Positions 1 through 9,183 of a stretch of 64,000 bases of DNA are shown piece by piece. Source of the stretch: Deltaproteobacteria bacterium (GTDB taxonomy: Bacteria; Myxococcota; SpSt-1050; JACRCP01); NCBI GenBank assembly GCA_016218965.1, contig JACRCP010000399.1, forward strand, positions 4,710-68,709. Direction: 5' to 3'. Made by a program: the position numbers and the translations under genes. Every line of letters starts with the position of its first letter. Position 1 is the stretch's first letter. The notes under the pieces were generated by a model. It ran no database searches and was not told the origin of the DNA. It saw only the letters and a list, made by a program, of their open reading frames with translations.

Positions 1-1
1 G

Positions 2-901
2 CTCGCCATAGGGCAGGGGGCCGACCTCGCGTACGCCGGCCGTTCGCTTGCGGTCCGCGGGGGCGTCATCGCCGCCGACAAGGACACGCAGGCGACGAAC
101 CTCCCGGACGTGTTCGCAGGCGGCGAGGCGGTGACCGGCGCCTCCACCGTGATAGCGGCCATCGCCGCGGGCCGGCGGGCGGCCCTGGCGATCGACGCCG
201 CGCTCAGGGGCGGCAGGGCGGCGGCCGCGACTGCCGCACCCGGCGCCGCCGAAACGCGCGTCGATGTCAACGTCGAAGCACTTGTTGAGACCAAGGCGAT
301 CCAGGCGACAGTGCGCGCGCCTTTGGCCCGCGCCATCGACGCCGAGGACGTGTCCGGCGTCGATCTTCGCGCCGTCGAAGCGGAGTCGCGGCGCTGCTTA
401 AACTGCGGCTGCGTGGCGGTAAACGCCTCGGATCTCGCGCCGGCGCTCTTGGCCCTTGACGCCACGATCAAGACCACGAGGCGGACAATCGCGGCCGGGG
501 ACTTCTTCGGTGCCGGCCTCATGACGACCACCGCGCTCGCCCCGGACGAGATCGTAACCGAGATCCGGATTCCCGTCCCGCCGCCCGGGAACGTGCAGGG
601 TTATCAGAAGTTCCGGATCCGCAACTCCATCGATTTCCCCATCGTGGGCGTCGCCACGGTATTCACCCTGAAAGGGACGACAATCAAGGACGCGCGGGTG
701 GTGCTCGGCGCCGTCGCCCCGGTTCCGCTTCGCGCGCGGGAGGTCGAGCGGTTCCTTGCCGGCAAGACGTTGTGTGAGGAGACTGCCGAAGCGGCGGGCA
801 CAATCGCGGTTCGCGGCGTCCAACCCCTTGGCGGCAACAAGTTCAAGATCCAGATCGTGAAGGCGCTGCTCAAAAAGGCGATCCTCGGCTCCGCCGCTTG
901 A
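2..901 (+). CDS. FAD/NAD(P)-binding oxidoreductase (GltD-like pyridine-nucleotide domain) with C-terminal CO-dehydrogenase-flavoprotein (CoxM-like) domain; 5' end outside window
   Basis: The reading frame is open from position 2 and continuous with the 110..901 ORF. The upstream part reads ...DVFAGGEAVTGASTVIAAIAAGRRAALAID, the end of an NAD(P)-binding domain. The C-terminal ~200 aa (LNCGCVAVNASDLAPALLAL...YQKFRIRNSIDFPIVGVA) resembles the FAD-binding medium-subunit C-terminal domain. Confidence 0.6.
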   Translation, partial: LAIGQGADLAYAGRSLAVRGGVIAADKDTQATNLPDVFAGGEAVTGASTVIAAIAAGRRAALAIDAALRGGRAAAATAAPGAAETRVDVNVEALVETKAIQATVRAPLARAIDAEDVSGVDLRAVEAESRRCLNCGCVAVNASDLAPALLALDATIKTTRRTIAAGDFFGAGLMTTTALAPDEIVTEIRIPVPPPGNVQGYQKFRIRNSIDFPIVGVATVFTLKGTTIKDARVVLGAVAPVPLRAREVERFLAGKTLCEETAEAAGTIAVRGVQPLGGNKFKIQIVKALLKKAILGSAA

Positions 902-1368
902 CGGCCTTGGCGGGTGTGTTAGTTTGTGATCGGATTGTGAAAGCGAAAACCTCAAAAGAAACCGAAGCCGCGCCCGAGGTCCATGCGACGCTCGAAAAGA
1001 AGGGCGCATACCGGGTGGTCGTTCACGCCGGCGGGCGGGCGGTGTGGACGTTCGTCGAGCCGGACGACGTCAAGGATGCCCGCGTCGAGCTGAAAAAGCT
1101 AAAAACGGGCAAGGTCAAACTGAAACACATAAACGCGATCATCAGGCACCACGGTCTCTGGCTCTTCAGGGGCGAGGGCAACTATTTCTACCAGCGAACT
1201 GACGAGAATGACTGCTCGCAGAAGGTCCCACCGGCCGTGGCTGTGGACTCGGTCGGCGCGTTCGACGGCCGGACGTGGCATGCTAGGATCGACGAGGCGC
1301 TGGTCCGTTGGTATTCGACCAACGACCGCGTCGCGGCGACGCTCCTGCGGGCGAAGTACGGCTTTTAG
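898..1368 (+). CDS. hypothetical protein (start uncertain; TTG/GTG start, first ~20 codons have low GC3)
   Basis: ORF-track frame. GC3 becomes genome-typical from about nt 960, so a later GTG start (for example at the YRVVV codons) is possible. No recognisable domain. Confidence 0.35.
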   Translation: MTALAGVLVCDRIVKAKTSKETEAAPEVHATLEKKGAYRVVVHAGGRAVWTFVEPDDVKDARVELKKLKTGKVKLKHINAIIRHHGLWLFRGEGNYFYQRTDENDCSQKVPPAVAVDSVGAFDGRTWHARIDEALVRWYSTNDRVAATLLRAKYGF

Positions 1369-1399
1369 GACCGCCGGTGCGGTCCCGGGGGAACCTGTA

Positions 1400-3223
1400 A
1401 TGCGCGCTTTCGGGCCGATATTGGCAAGCACACTGTCCGGCCTTCTCGCGGCGTGCAGCGTGGACTACGCCGGCCTGCTATCCGGAAAGAAATGCGATCC
1501 ATCCGGTGCGTGCGCGGCGGACTACGCCTGTGACCGATCGACATGGGCGTGCGTGCCGGCCAATGAACTCAAACCGGGCACGACCGGCGACGGCGGCGTT
1601 GGCGCGGATTTGGGAATGCCGAACGACTCGGGCGATCAACCCAGGGATGGCGGCACAGGGGCCGACATCGCCGACGACGCAGCCGGGGCGGGGGATGCCG
1701 ATCCCGGCGGCGACACGGGCGCAACGCCTGACACCGAACCGGACGCCTCGCTTGATTCCGGGCCTGACGGGTCCTACGACACCGGACCGGACGCCTCCCT
1801 CGATTCCGGTTTTGACGGTTCGCTGGATACCGGACCGGACGCCGGGGGCTGCACGCCGACGCCGCACGCCGCGAGTGTCTGTCACAACAACGACGTGTAC
1901 TGGGTGGATTCGTGCGGCAACATCGAGGAGGTAAAGGACGACTGCGCCGGATCGCAGGTCTGCTTAGGCGCGGCGTGCTGCACGCCTGCCACGTGCGCCG
2001 GCCTGGGCAGGGAGTGCGGCGCGTGGGACGACGGGTGCGGCGGATCGGTGAACTGCCCGGCGTGCGGCGGTTCGAAGCTCTGCCGCGGCGGGAGCTGCCG
2101 CGCAGTGATATTCGTGAAGTCCGACGCCGCCGGCGCGGGCGACGGCAGTTCGTGGACGGACGCGTTCACCGTCGTCCAGGACGCGCTCGACGCGGCGGCC
2201 GACGGAAGCGAGGTCTGGATTGCGGGGGGACAGTACACGAGGAAGGGAAACAGCGCCGAGGTCGCAAGGCTCAAGCAAGGCGTGAATGTCTACGGCGGGT
2301 TCGCGGGCACGGAAACCCGTCTCGAAGACAGGGACCTTGGCGCCGGAAACGAAACCAGACTTGTGGGCCAAAACGGTGTCAGGGTCGTCGTGGGCGCGGG
2401 AAACTCGTCGCTTGACGGCATCACGATAACGGGAGGACTGTTTACGGGGGGCGATGGCGGAGGCGTGTATCTTTCGAACATCTCCCAGGTGAAGATTGCC
2501 AATTGCATCATCACCGGCAATTCCGCGCACTGGGGCGGCGGGATCTACCTCTTCCAGTCGGAGGCCGATGTCGCCGACACGGTGATCTCGGCCAACGCGG
2601 CGGTCGACGGCGGCGGCATCTTCAACCAGAACTCCGTGGTTCGGCTCACCGGGAGCACGGTCTCGGGCAACGTCTCGCAGGGGGCAATCGGGGGCGGCGG
2701 CGGGATATTCAACGACAACGCGGCGTCGACCGTCACCAACTGCGTATTCCACGGGAACAGCGCCCAGGGGGCGTTTGCAGGGGGGATCTATAACAACTAC
2801 ACGTCCACGCACACCGTGACCAACTGCACGTTTTACGGAAACTCCGCGAAGCTGGGCGGGGCCGCCATATTCAACAACATCAACGCGTCCCCCGAGATCG
2901 TCAACTCGATCTTCTGGAACGACAGCCCGGACGAGGTCTACGACTATCCCGGGTACGGGTCGAACGCGCGGGTCCGGTACAGCGACATCCGCGGCGGCCG
3001 CAACGGCGATGGCAACATCAACGCCGACCCCGCATTTGTCAACGCGGGGAACGGGAATTTCCAGCTCGCACCGGGTTCGCCGTGCATAGACGCCGCGGAC
3101 GGGGATGCGGCGCCCCCAAAGGACAAGGACGGCGCCGTAAGGACCGACGACCCGGCGATCGGCGACACCGGGAAGGGTGCTCCGCCGTACGCGGACATCG
3201 GAGCACTGGAGCGCGTGCCGTGA
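1400..3223 (+). CDS. secreted lipoprotein with Asp/Gly/Pro-rich tandem repeats, Cys-rich module and right-handed parallel beta-helix repeats
   Basis: ATG at 1400 is in frame with the 1208..3223 ORF. The signal peptide has a lipobox (LLAACS). Repeats of D-S/T-G-P-D-A-S-L-D are present. Repeated N-x-G/GGG(I/V)(Y/F) beta-helix turns are present (NSAHWGGGIYL, GNSAQGAFAGGIYN). The C-terminus reads NGNFQLAPGSPCIDAAD, typical of pectate-lyase-fold surface proteins. Confidence 0.75.
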   Translation: MRAFGPILASTLSGLLAACSVDYAGLLSGKKCDPSGACAADYACDRSTWACVPANELKPGTTGDGGVGADLGMPNDSGDQPRDGGTGADIADDAAGAGDADPGGDTGATPDTEPDASLDSGPDGSYDTGPDASLDSGFDGSLDTGPDAGGCTPTPHAASVCHNNDVYWVDSCGNIEEVKDDCAGSQVCLGAACCTPATCAGLGRECGAWDDGCGGSVNCPACGGSKLCRGGSCRAVIFVKSDAAGAGDGSSWTDAFTVVQDALDAAADGSEVWIAGGQYTRKGNSAEVARLKQGVNVYGGFAGTETRLEDRDLGAGNETRLVGQNGVRVVVGAGNSSLDGITITGGLFTGGDGGGVYLSNISQVKIANCIITGNSAHWGGGIYLFQSEADVADTVISANAAVDGGGIFNQNSVVRLTGSTVSGNVSQGAIGGGGGIFNDNAASTVTNCVFHGNSAQGAFAGGIYNNYTSTHTVTNCTFYGNSAKLGGAAIFNNINASPEIVNSIFWNDSPDEVYDYPGYGSNARVRYSDIRGGRNGDGNINADPAFVNAGNGNFQLAPGSPCIDAADGDAAPPKDKDGAVRTDDPAIGDTGKGAPPYADIGALERVP

Positions 3224-3262
3224 CGGCGACGGCGGGGCGCAACCTGAAGGAATGAGACGGGA

Positions 3263-4435
3263 ATGGGCACAATCCTGAAACGCTACGAAGACGAGCTTGT
3301 TCACTCGGTCATCCCGTTTTGGGAACGGCACTGCATCGACCGGGAGCACGGCGGATACTTCAATTCGCTCGACCGCGACGGCTCGGTCTTCGACACCGAC
3401 AAGCACCTTTGGATGCAGTGGCGGATCGTGTACATGTTCGCGACGCTCGCCGCCACGCGCTTCGCGGGGGAGCGGCGCGGGCGGTGGGTCGAGATGGCAC
3501 GGCACGGGTTCGAGTTCCTTCGCGCGCACGGGAGGGACGCGAACGGGTCGTACTGCTTCGCGTTGAACCGTGTTGGAGAACCGATCGTCGCGCCGTACAG
3601 CATTGGCGCCGATTTCTTCGCGACCATGGGGTGCGCGGCGCTCTACGGGGCAACCGGCGACGAGGTGTGCCGCGAGGCAACGCTTGAGTCGCTTGAAAAC
3701 ATGTTCGGGCGCATGGACAACCCCAAGGGCCAGTGGAACAAGCGCCTGCCCGCCGCCAAGCAGATTCTGGCGCACGAGGACCTCATGGCCACGGTGAACC
3801 TGGGCCTTGTGCTCGACGAGTGTCTTGGTCTCCCGGCCATCGAGAATCCTGTCAACGAGGCGATTGACAACATCCTCGGAAGGTTTTTCCGTCCGGAATA
3901 CGGCTTTGTCCTCGAGCATCTCAAGCCGGATTTTGCGCCGGACCTCGAATCGTGCGAGGGACGGCTGGTGAGTCCCGGCCACGGACTCGAGTCTGCCTGG
4001 TTCGTCCTCCGGCACGCCGAAAAGAGCGGGCGGCCTGACCGGATCGAGAAGGCGTGCGCGGTGATCAAATCGACGCTTTTGCGGAGCTGGGACCGGGAGC
4101 ACGGCGGCATTTTCTATTTCATGGACGTGCTCGGCAGGCCCCCCCCCGAATTGACCTGGGACATGAAGCTCTGGTGGGTTCACTGCGAGGCGCTGGTCGC
4201 GGCCATCACCGGCCACGCCCTCACGGGCGACCCCTCGCTTCTGGAGTGGTTCCACCGGATCGACGAATGGACATGGCGGCATTTTCCAGATCCGGTCCAC
4301 GGCGAGTGGTTCGGGTACCTAAACCGCCGCGGCGAGCCGACGCATTTCCTCAAGGGCGGCAAGTGGAAGACGTTTTTTCACCTTCCGCGATCGCTTCTCG
4401 AATGTATCGGCCGTCTTGAGCGGCTCGGGCTGTGA
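3263..4435 (+). CDS. N-acylglucosamine 2-epimerase (AGE) family protein
   Basis: The N-terminus (ILKRYEDELVHSVIPFWERHCIDREHGGYF) and the overall (alpha/alpha)6-barrel AGE family pattern match. Length is 390 aa. Confidence 0.85.
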   Translation: MGTILKRYEDELVHSVIPFWERHCIDREHGGYFNSLDRDGSVFDTDKHLWMQWRIVYMFATLAATRFAGERRGRWVEMARHGFEFLRAHGRDANGSYCFALNRVGEPIVAPYSIGADFFATMGCAALYGATGDEVCREATLESLENMFGRMDNPKGQWNKRLPAAKQILAHEDLMATVNLGLVLDECLGLPAIENPVNEAIDNILGRFFRPEYGFVLEHLKPDFAPDLESCEGRLVSPGHGLESAWFVLRHAEKSGRPDRIEKACAVIKSTLLRSWDREHGGIFYFMDVLGRPPPELTWDMKLWWVHCEALVAAITGHALTGDPSLLEWFHRIDEWTWRHFPDPVHGEWFGYLNRRGEPTHFLKGGKWKTFFHLPRSLLECIGRLERLGL

Positions 4436-4477
4436 CGCCAAAACCCGCTAATTTCCGGAAGTTACGTTGCACCAAAA

Positions 4478-4520
4478 AACGGATTGACAAGTCCGTCCAC
4501 TTCGTCTACTACAAAGGAGG
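4478..4520 (+). promoter_or_regulatory. putative sigma70-like promoter (TTGACA-17-TACTAC) with overlapping ACGGA-N8-TCCGT inverted repeat (possible TetR operator) upstream of the TetR gene
   Basis: Read directly from the sequence ggattgacaagtccgtccacttcgtctactac, 20-60 nt upstream of the TTG start at 4539. Confidence 0.3.
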
Positions 4521-4538
4521 GACGCGGAAGGAGCCCGA

Positions 4539-5189
4539 TTGGAAGTCTCGTTAAGCAAAAGGATCACCACGAACCTTGCACGCAAGGAGCGTTGCAAGAA
4601 GACCCTCCTCGACGCCGCCGGCCGGGTCTTCGCGCGCAAAGGATACCACGACACCCTCGTTTCGGACATCGCCGCCGAGGCCAAAGTAGGCCAGGGGACG
4701 TTTTACCGATACTTCAGGGACAAGCGCGAGATCATCGACGCGCTCTTCGACGAGTTCACTGCGGGACTTCTGGCGGGCTTCAGCGACATGAGCGCCCGCC
4801 TCCCGACGAACCAGCGGGAGTACCGGGCCGCGTCGATCGGCGCACTCAAGAAAGTCGCCGCAACGGCCGAGCAGAACCGCGCGCTGGCGCTCTTTTTCAT
4901 TCGCGAGGCCGCCGGGATTGACCGGGAGTTCGAGGCGAAGCTCCACGCGCTCTACGGGAAGTTCGCGGCGTTGGCGCAGGTCTACCTCGACCACGCAATC
5001 GCCGGGGGCTTCGCGAGGCCGTGCAACTCCGCCGTCGTCTCGCAGGCCCTTATCGGGATCGGCGTCTGGATGACCAACCAGTGGTGGAATGATCGCATGA
5101 GCGGTGTCACCGTCGATGGGCTGATCGGGGAGCTCGTGGATCTTGCGATGTATGGATTCGGGGTCGACAGACCTTTGCCGGGGGCCTAA
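4539..5189 (+). CDS. TetR/AcrR family transcriptional regulator
   Basis: N-terminal HTH reads KKTLLDAAGRVFARKGYHDTLVSDIAAEAKVGQGTFYRYFRDK. Length 216 aa. TTG start with a GGAAGG RBS. Confidence 0.85.
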   Translation: MEVSLSKRITTNLARKERCKKTLLDAAGRVFARKGYHDTLVSDIAAEAKVGQGTFYRYFRDKREIIDALFDEFTAGLLAGFSDMSARLPTNQREYRAASIGALKKVAATAEQNRALALFFIREAAGIDREFEAKLHALYGKFAALAQVYLDHAIAGGFARPCNSAVVSQALIGIGVWMTNQWWNDRMSGVTVDGLIGELVDLAMYGFGVDRPLPGA

Positions 5190-5222
5190 AAAAATCGGGT
5201 TTCGGCCCGGAAGGAGCAGGTC

Positions 5223-6056
5223 ATGGCGAACATGAAGAGCAAAAGGGTGCTCATCACCGGCGCGGCGGGCGGCATTGGTTTCTGCCTGGCCGAGGAGTGC
5301 GCCAGGGCGGGGTGCGTCCTTGTGATCACCGACATCAACGAATCGAAGCTTGACGAGGCGGCGGCGAAGCTGCGCGCCACCGGGGCGACCGCGCACGCGC
5401 GCCGGATGGACGTGACCCGAAAGGAAGACGCCGACGAGATGGCCAAATGGGTCATCGACGAGCTCGGCGGGCTTGACGTGTTGGTGAACAACGCCGGCGT
5501 CGGGTTCCTGGCCGAGCTTGCCGAGACGAGGCTCGACGACTGGAAGCGGCTCATGGATGTCAACTTCATGGGGCCGCTCTACCTTGTATATGCGTTCCTC
5601 CCGTGGATGATCGAGCACCGTCACGGCCACATCGTGAACGTGTCGTCAGGGCAGGCGTTCTTCAGGCTCCCGACGTGGGGCGCATACGCGACCATCAAGC
5701 TGGCCCTCGGGGCATTTTCGGAGCTCCTGGCGGTCGAGATCCGCAAATACGACATCCGCGTGACCACGGTGTATCCGTTCATGGTCAACACCGGGTTCTA
5801 CGGCGACATCAAGGGCGAGACGTTCATGGCAAAACTTTCCATGAAGCTCGTCCCGTACTACTCGATGTCTCCGCAGACGGTCGGGCGTATCATCTTCAGG
5901 GCGATCGAAAAACAGAAGAAGGTCGAGATGGTGAGCCTGATAAACGATCTCGGCTACTTCACGCGCTTCGTCCCGCCCATAGCCGACATCATCGGCTACA
6001 CCGCGAACCTCTTCCTGACCAAAAACGCCGACCACGCGCCGGCGCACAAAGGGTGA
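5223..6056 (+). CDS. SDR family NAD(P)-dependent oxidoreductase
   Basis: TGAAGGIG Rossmann motif, NNAG motif, and a YxxxK region. Length 277 aa. Confidence 0.9.
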   Translation: MANMKSKRVLITGAAGGIGFCLAEECARAGCVLVITDINESKLDEAAAKLRATGATAHARRMDVTRKEDADEMAKWVIDELGGLDVLVNNAGVGFLAELAETRLDDWKRLMDVNFMGPLYLVYAFLPWMIEHRHGHIVNVSSGQAFFRLPTWGAYATIKLALGAFSELLAVEIRKYDIRVTTVYPFMVNTGFYGDIKGETFMAKLSMKLVPYYSMSPQTVGRIIFRAIEKQKKVEMVSLINDLGYFTRFVPPIADIIGYTANLFLTKNADHAPAHKG

Positions 6057-6085
6057 CTCAAAACGCCGGCACAGAGGAGGATACC

Positions 6086-6295
6086 ATGAACTTGCTTCAA
6101 GAGATCAGGGAGAAGTGGCGGGAGGGACGCCTGGGATTCAAGATGGACGAGGTGATGACGGGCGCGCACTGGTTCGAGCCGGGGTGCGGGCCGGACGGGA
6201 ACCACACCGATACCGGCAGGCTCGTCTCGCGATCGCTTTCGCACTTCAAGATCCTTGACGCCCCGTCGTTCGTCAAGAGCCTGCGCTGGGCGTAG
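6086..6295 (+). CDS. small hypothetical protein (69 aa)
   Basis: ATG at 6086 is preceded by a GAGGAGGA RBS 7 nt upstream. GC3 is high. It is in frame with the tail of track ORF 5603..6295. Confidence 0.45.
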   Translation: MNLLQEIREKWREGRLGFKMDEVMTGAHWFEPGCGPDGNHTDTGRLVSRSLSHFKILDAPSFVKSLRWA

Positions 6296-6300
6296 ACACG

Positions 6301-6720
6301 TCAGGCCAGGTGCCGGGGGGAGGTTACGGTGAGCTTGCCGTGTTTGACGCCGCGGGCGCCCGTGATGTTTTCGGCAAGACCCCTGACCTCGGCATGGCGC
6401 CCCTTGAGGACCAGCACCTCCAGGCAGTGGTGGTGGTCGAGGTGGACGTGCAGGGACGAGATGATCCCGGCGTGGTGGTCGTGCTGGATTTCGGTCAATC
6501 GCTCTGTCAGGCCGCGGGTGTGGTGGTCGTAGATGAACGTGACTGTTCCAAAGACTTCCGCGTCCTCGTCCCCGATCCCCGATTCGACGATCTTGTCGCG
6601 GACAAGGTCGCGGATCGCCTCGGATCGGTTGACGTAGTTCCGTTTGGCGATCAGGCGATCGAATTTTTTTAGCAGGTCGTTTTCCATTGAAACGCCAAAA
6701 CGCGTGACGCCGGCCATCAT
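6301..6720 (-). CDS. nikR: nickel-responsive transcriptional regulator NikR
   Basis: Ribbon-helix-helix N-terminus (FGVSMENDLLKKFDRLIAKRNYVNRSEAIRDLVR) and His-rich Ni-binding C-terminus (HVHLDHHHCLEV). An AGGAGG RBS is present. Start is 9 nt after the stop of the upstream gene. Confidence 0.85.
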   Translation of the reverse strand: MMAGVTRFGVSMENDLLKKFDRLIAKRNYVNRSEAIRDLVRDKIVESGIGDEDAEVFGTVTFIYDHHTRGLTERLTEIQHDHHAGIISSLHVHLDHHHCLEVLVLKGRHAEVRGLAENITGARGVKHGKLTVTSPRHLA

Positions 6721-6728
6721 GCCTCCTG

Positions 6729-9161
6729 TTATTTCGCCGGGGCGGCGGCGCAGGCGTTGGCCTCGGTCCGCCAGTCGGCATGCCCGGGGATCTTGGCCCC
6801 CGTGAGCTCCTCGATGACGAGCAGGCGAGCAAAAAGCTCGCAGCGCTGCGGGCCGGCTGCGGTCCTGGCCTCGGCCTCTATCGTCTTCCAGTATTCTTTC
6901 GTGCGCTTTTCAAACGCCGCGCGGAGCTTGGGGGCGAGCGCGGCCGCGAGATCGGCCTCCATTTTTTCGACGGGCGGGAGCTGAAGCGGGTCGCCGACCA
7001 CGCCAAGCTGCGGCTGGGGCCGTATTACGCGATCTTCGAGCTTGAGCGAATCCGAGAAAGACTCGCGGCCAAGCGACGCGTCGCCGTGCGCCAAATCGTC
7101 AAACTCGATCTCGATTGACGCCGCGGGGACGGCGGCCCAGTACTCGACGTTGTACGGCTGTTCGGCGGCGCCCGTCACATAGGGAGGGATCGCCGCACAT
7201 TGCGCCCCGAAGGCGCCAAGCGCCTGCTGTTCGGCGGCGATCTGCTGGGACGAAGGCGGGGGCGGCGGCTGCGGGCATTGGGTCGGGGTCGCGACGTTCT
7301 CGCCCCCGAACCCGGTCCAGCCTTCGGCGGCCGGCGCGCATCTGACGGGCTGCGGCGGCGTCTTGGCCGCCTGCTCCATGGCCTGGATCTTCGTCTGGCG
7401 GTCGACGTACGCGGCGTCGCACTTCTGTCGATCGGGGTTCGGCATCTGTTGCGGCGGGCCCTGGAGCTTGGCCATGGCCTTCTCGGTCCGCTGGTGCTTG
7501 GGCGAAAAGTCCGGCGGCGCCGCCAGTTTGACTTTCACGGCAATCGCGTACGCCTCGCCGGCCCCGGCATCCGAATCGGGCGCCAGTTTCCAGCCCGGGC
7601 CGCTCCCGGCGGCCGCGGTCGCGACCTTTGCGGCGAAGCCCGCCGCAGCCGAGACCTTCCCGCGAAGACCGAGCGACGCCTTCATGGTGCGGATCTCGGC
7701 GTCGTGCTTTGCGGCGAGCGCCGCGCGTTCCGGGTCCGAAAGTCCCGGGGCTGTCCGAAACGCCACGTAGCCCGCCGCGACGTTCCCGGCGCGGAACAAC
7801 TCCTCGAAGCGTTCGAACTTCCCGGCCAGGGCCTCGTTCCGGATCGCCTCGAGCAGACCGGCGATCTCCTTGTCGCCCGGGAAGAGCGGGGCCGCGGTCG
7901 CAAGCGCATGCTCGGCGCCGGCGAGGTCCTTCTGCCTGCGCAGCGCGAGGGCGCGCTGCATGGCCCACGTCTTTGTCCACTGGCGCAAGTGTGCGACGGC
8001 CTCCAACGCGCAGTCCACGCCCGACGGGTTGAGCGCTCCGACACCGGCGGCGGTCTCGGCCTGTTTGCCCGCCGCGTACCATTCGAGCGACACTTGGATC
8101 TTGTCGCGTTCGCCCTTGTCCATGAAGGCCGACGGCCCCTCGGTCGCGGCGTCGAATGCCGCGACCTTTTTCCACGCTGCAAGCCCCTCCTTGGGGTTCT
8201 TGGCGTTTTTGAGAGCGCCAAGCAACGCGGCGCGCTCGTCGGCGAGTCTTTGCCCGAGGACCTGGCGCCTGGCCGCGAGCTTCGGATCGTCGGGCGAGAG
8301 CTTCATCGCCTGCGCGAGAAACCCGGCGGCGGCGGCCCAGTCCTTGGCCTTGACCTTCGCGTCGGCCTTCGAGGCAAGGTCGCCCGCGGCGAGCGAGCGC
8401 GCACGCTTGGCTACGATCTGGATCGCCTGCGACGGCGACTTGCCCAGCGCGTCCCATTCGGCCGCCTTGTCCGAAAACCCGCCCTTTTTTGCCGACGTGA
8501 CAAGCCCCATGACGTGGGCCTTCGGGGCGTCCGCCCCGGGCTCCCTGAGGAACGCGGCAAGCCACAAAAGCCTGTCGGCCGCCGGCTCGAACTTCGCCCA
8601 GGTCTCGGCGTTCCCGGCGTCGGCGAGCGCGCGGTCGCGTTCGGCCGGGAGCCGCGACCGAAGCTCGGACGAGAGCCAGAAAGCCACAGGCATCTGGCCC
8701 AGGATCTGCCGCTTGGCGAGCTTGTCGAGGGGCATCGGGCCCGGGGCGGCGGCTTCCTTGATTGTCTGGTTGATCTCGGCCTCGAATGCCACAGCGCGCT
8801 TTCCCAACGCGGCCGGGTCGAGCGCCGGGAGAAGGCCGGCCCTGGTCTGGAAGCCGTACCACGCCTCGTAGGCCGTGGCGTACTGCTTGAGCGTGAGCCC
8901 GGCAGCCTTGAAGATTTCGAGCGCCGCGGCACACCCCTTGGTCGCGTCCGGCGGCATCACCGGCCCCTGCTTTTTCGCCGCAGCCTCGGCGTTGAGTTTT
9001 GCAAGAAGTCCGTCGGCCTCCTGGCAGCTCATGTTTTCGATCGCGATCCGGAGCGCCGGCGGCACGGCGGCGTTGGCCTGGGCCCGGGCCTCGCCGGGGA
9101 AAATCGCGGCGGACAACAGGAATGCGCACACTACGAAGGCCGAAGTTGCAGAGCGCATAGA
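6729..9161 (-). CDS. secreted Ala-rich hypothetical protein (810 aa)
   Basis: Signal peptide MRSATSAFVVCAFLLSAAIFPGEARA. High coding GC3. Helical Ala/Lys-rich repeats and a Pro-rich segment. The long Arg-rich ORFs overlapping on both strands were rejected. Confidence 0.6.
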   Translation of the reverse strand, partial: SMRSATSAFVVCAFLLSAAIFPGEARAQANAAVPPALRIAIENMSCQEADGLLAKLNAEAAAKKQGPVMPPDATKGCAAALEIFKAAGLTLKQYATAYEAWYGFQTRAGLLPALDPAALGKRAVAFEAEINQTIKEAAAPGPMPLDKLAKRQILGQMPVAFWLSSELRSRLPAERDRALADAGNAETWAKFEPAADRLLWLAAFLREPGADAPKAHVMGLVTSAKKGGFSDKAAEWDALGKSPSQAIQIVAKRARSLAAGDLASKADAKVKAKDWAAAAGFLAQAMKLSPDDPKLAARRQVLGQRLADERAALLGALKNAKNPKEGLAAWKKVAAFDAATEGPSAFMDKGERDKIQVSLEWYAAGKQAETAAGVGALNPSGVDCALEAVAHLRQWTKTWAMQRALALRRQKDLAGAEHALATAAPLFPGDKEIAGLLEAIRNEALAGKFERFEELFRAGNVAAGYVAFRTAPGLSDPERAALAAKHDAEIRTMKASLGLRGKVSAAAGFAAKVATAAAGSGPGWKLAPDSDAGAGEAYAIAVKVKLAAPPDFSPKHQRTEKAMAKLQGPPQQMPNPDRQKCDAAYVDRQTKIQAMEQAAKTPPQPVRCAPAAEGWTGFGGENVATPTQCPQPPPPPSSQQIAAEQQALGAFGAQCAAIPPYVTGAAEQPYNVEYWAAVPAASIEIEFDDLAHGDASLGRESFSDSLKLEDRVIRPQPQLGVVGDPLQLPPVEKMEADLAAALAPKLRAAFEKRTKEYWKTIEAEARTAAGPQRCELFARLLVIEELTGAKIPGHADWRTEANACAAAPAK

Positions 9162-9183
9162 ACCCTCCTGCCGAAGGGACGCG

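Noticed and set aside
1964-4300. 778-aa minus-strand ORF
   Set aside because: Antisense to the beta-helix lipoprotein and the AGE epimerase. Arg/Pro/Val-rich with no domain signature. Typical high-GC antisense artefact.
4551-5630. 359-aa minus ORF
   Set aside because: Antisense to the clearly recognisable TetR and SDR genes.
5996-6832. 278-aa minus ORF
   Set aside because: Overlaps nikR and the small ORF in other frames. Pro/Arg-rich.
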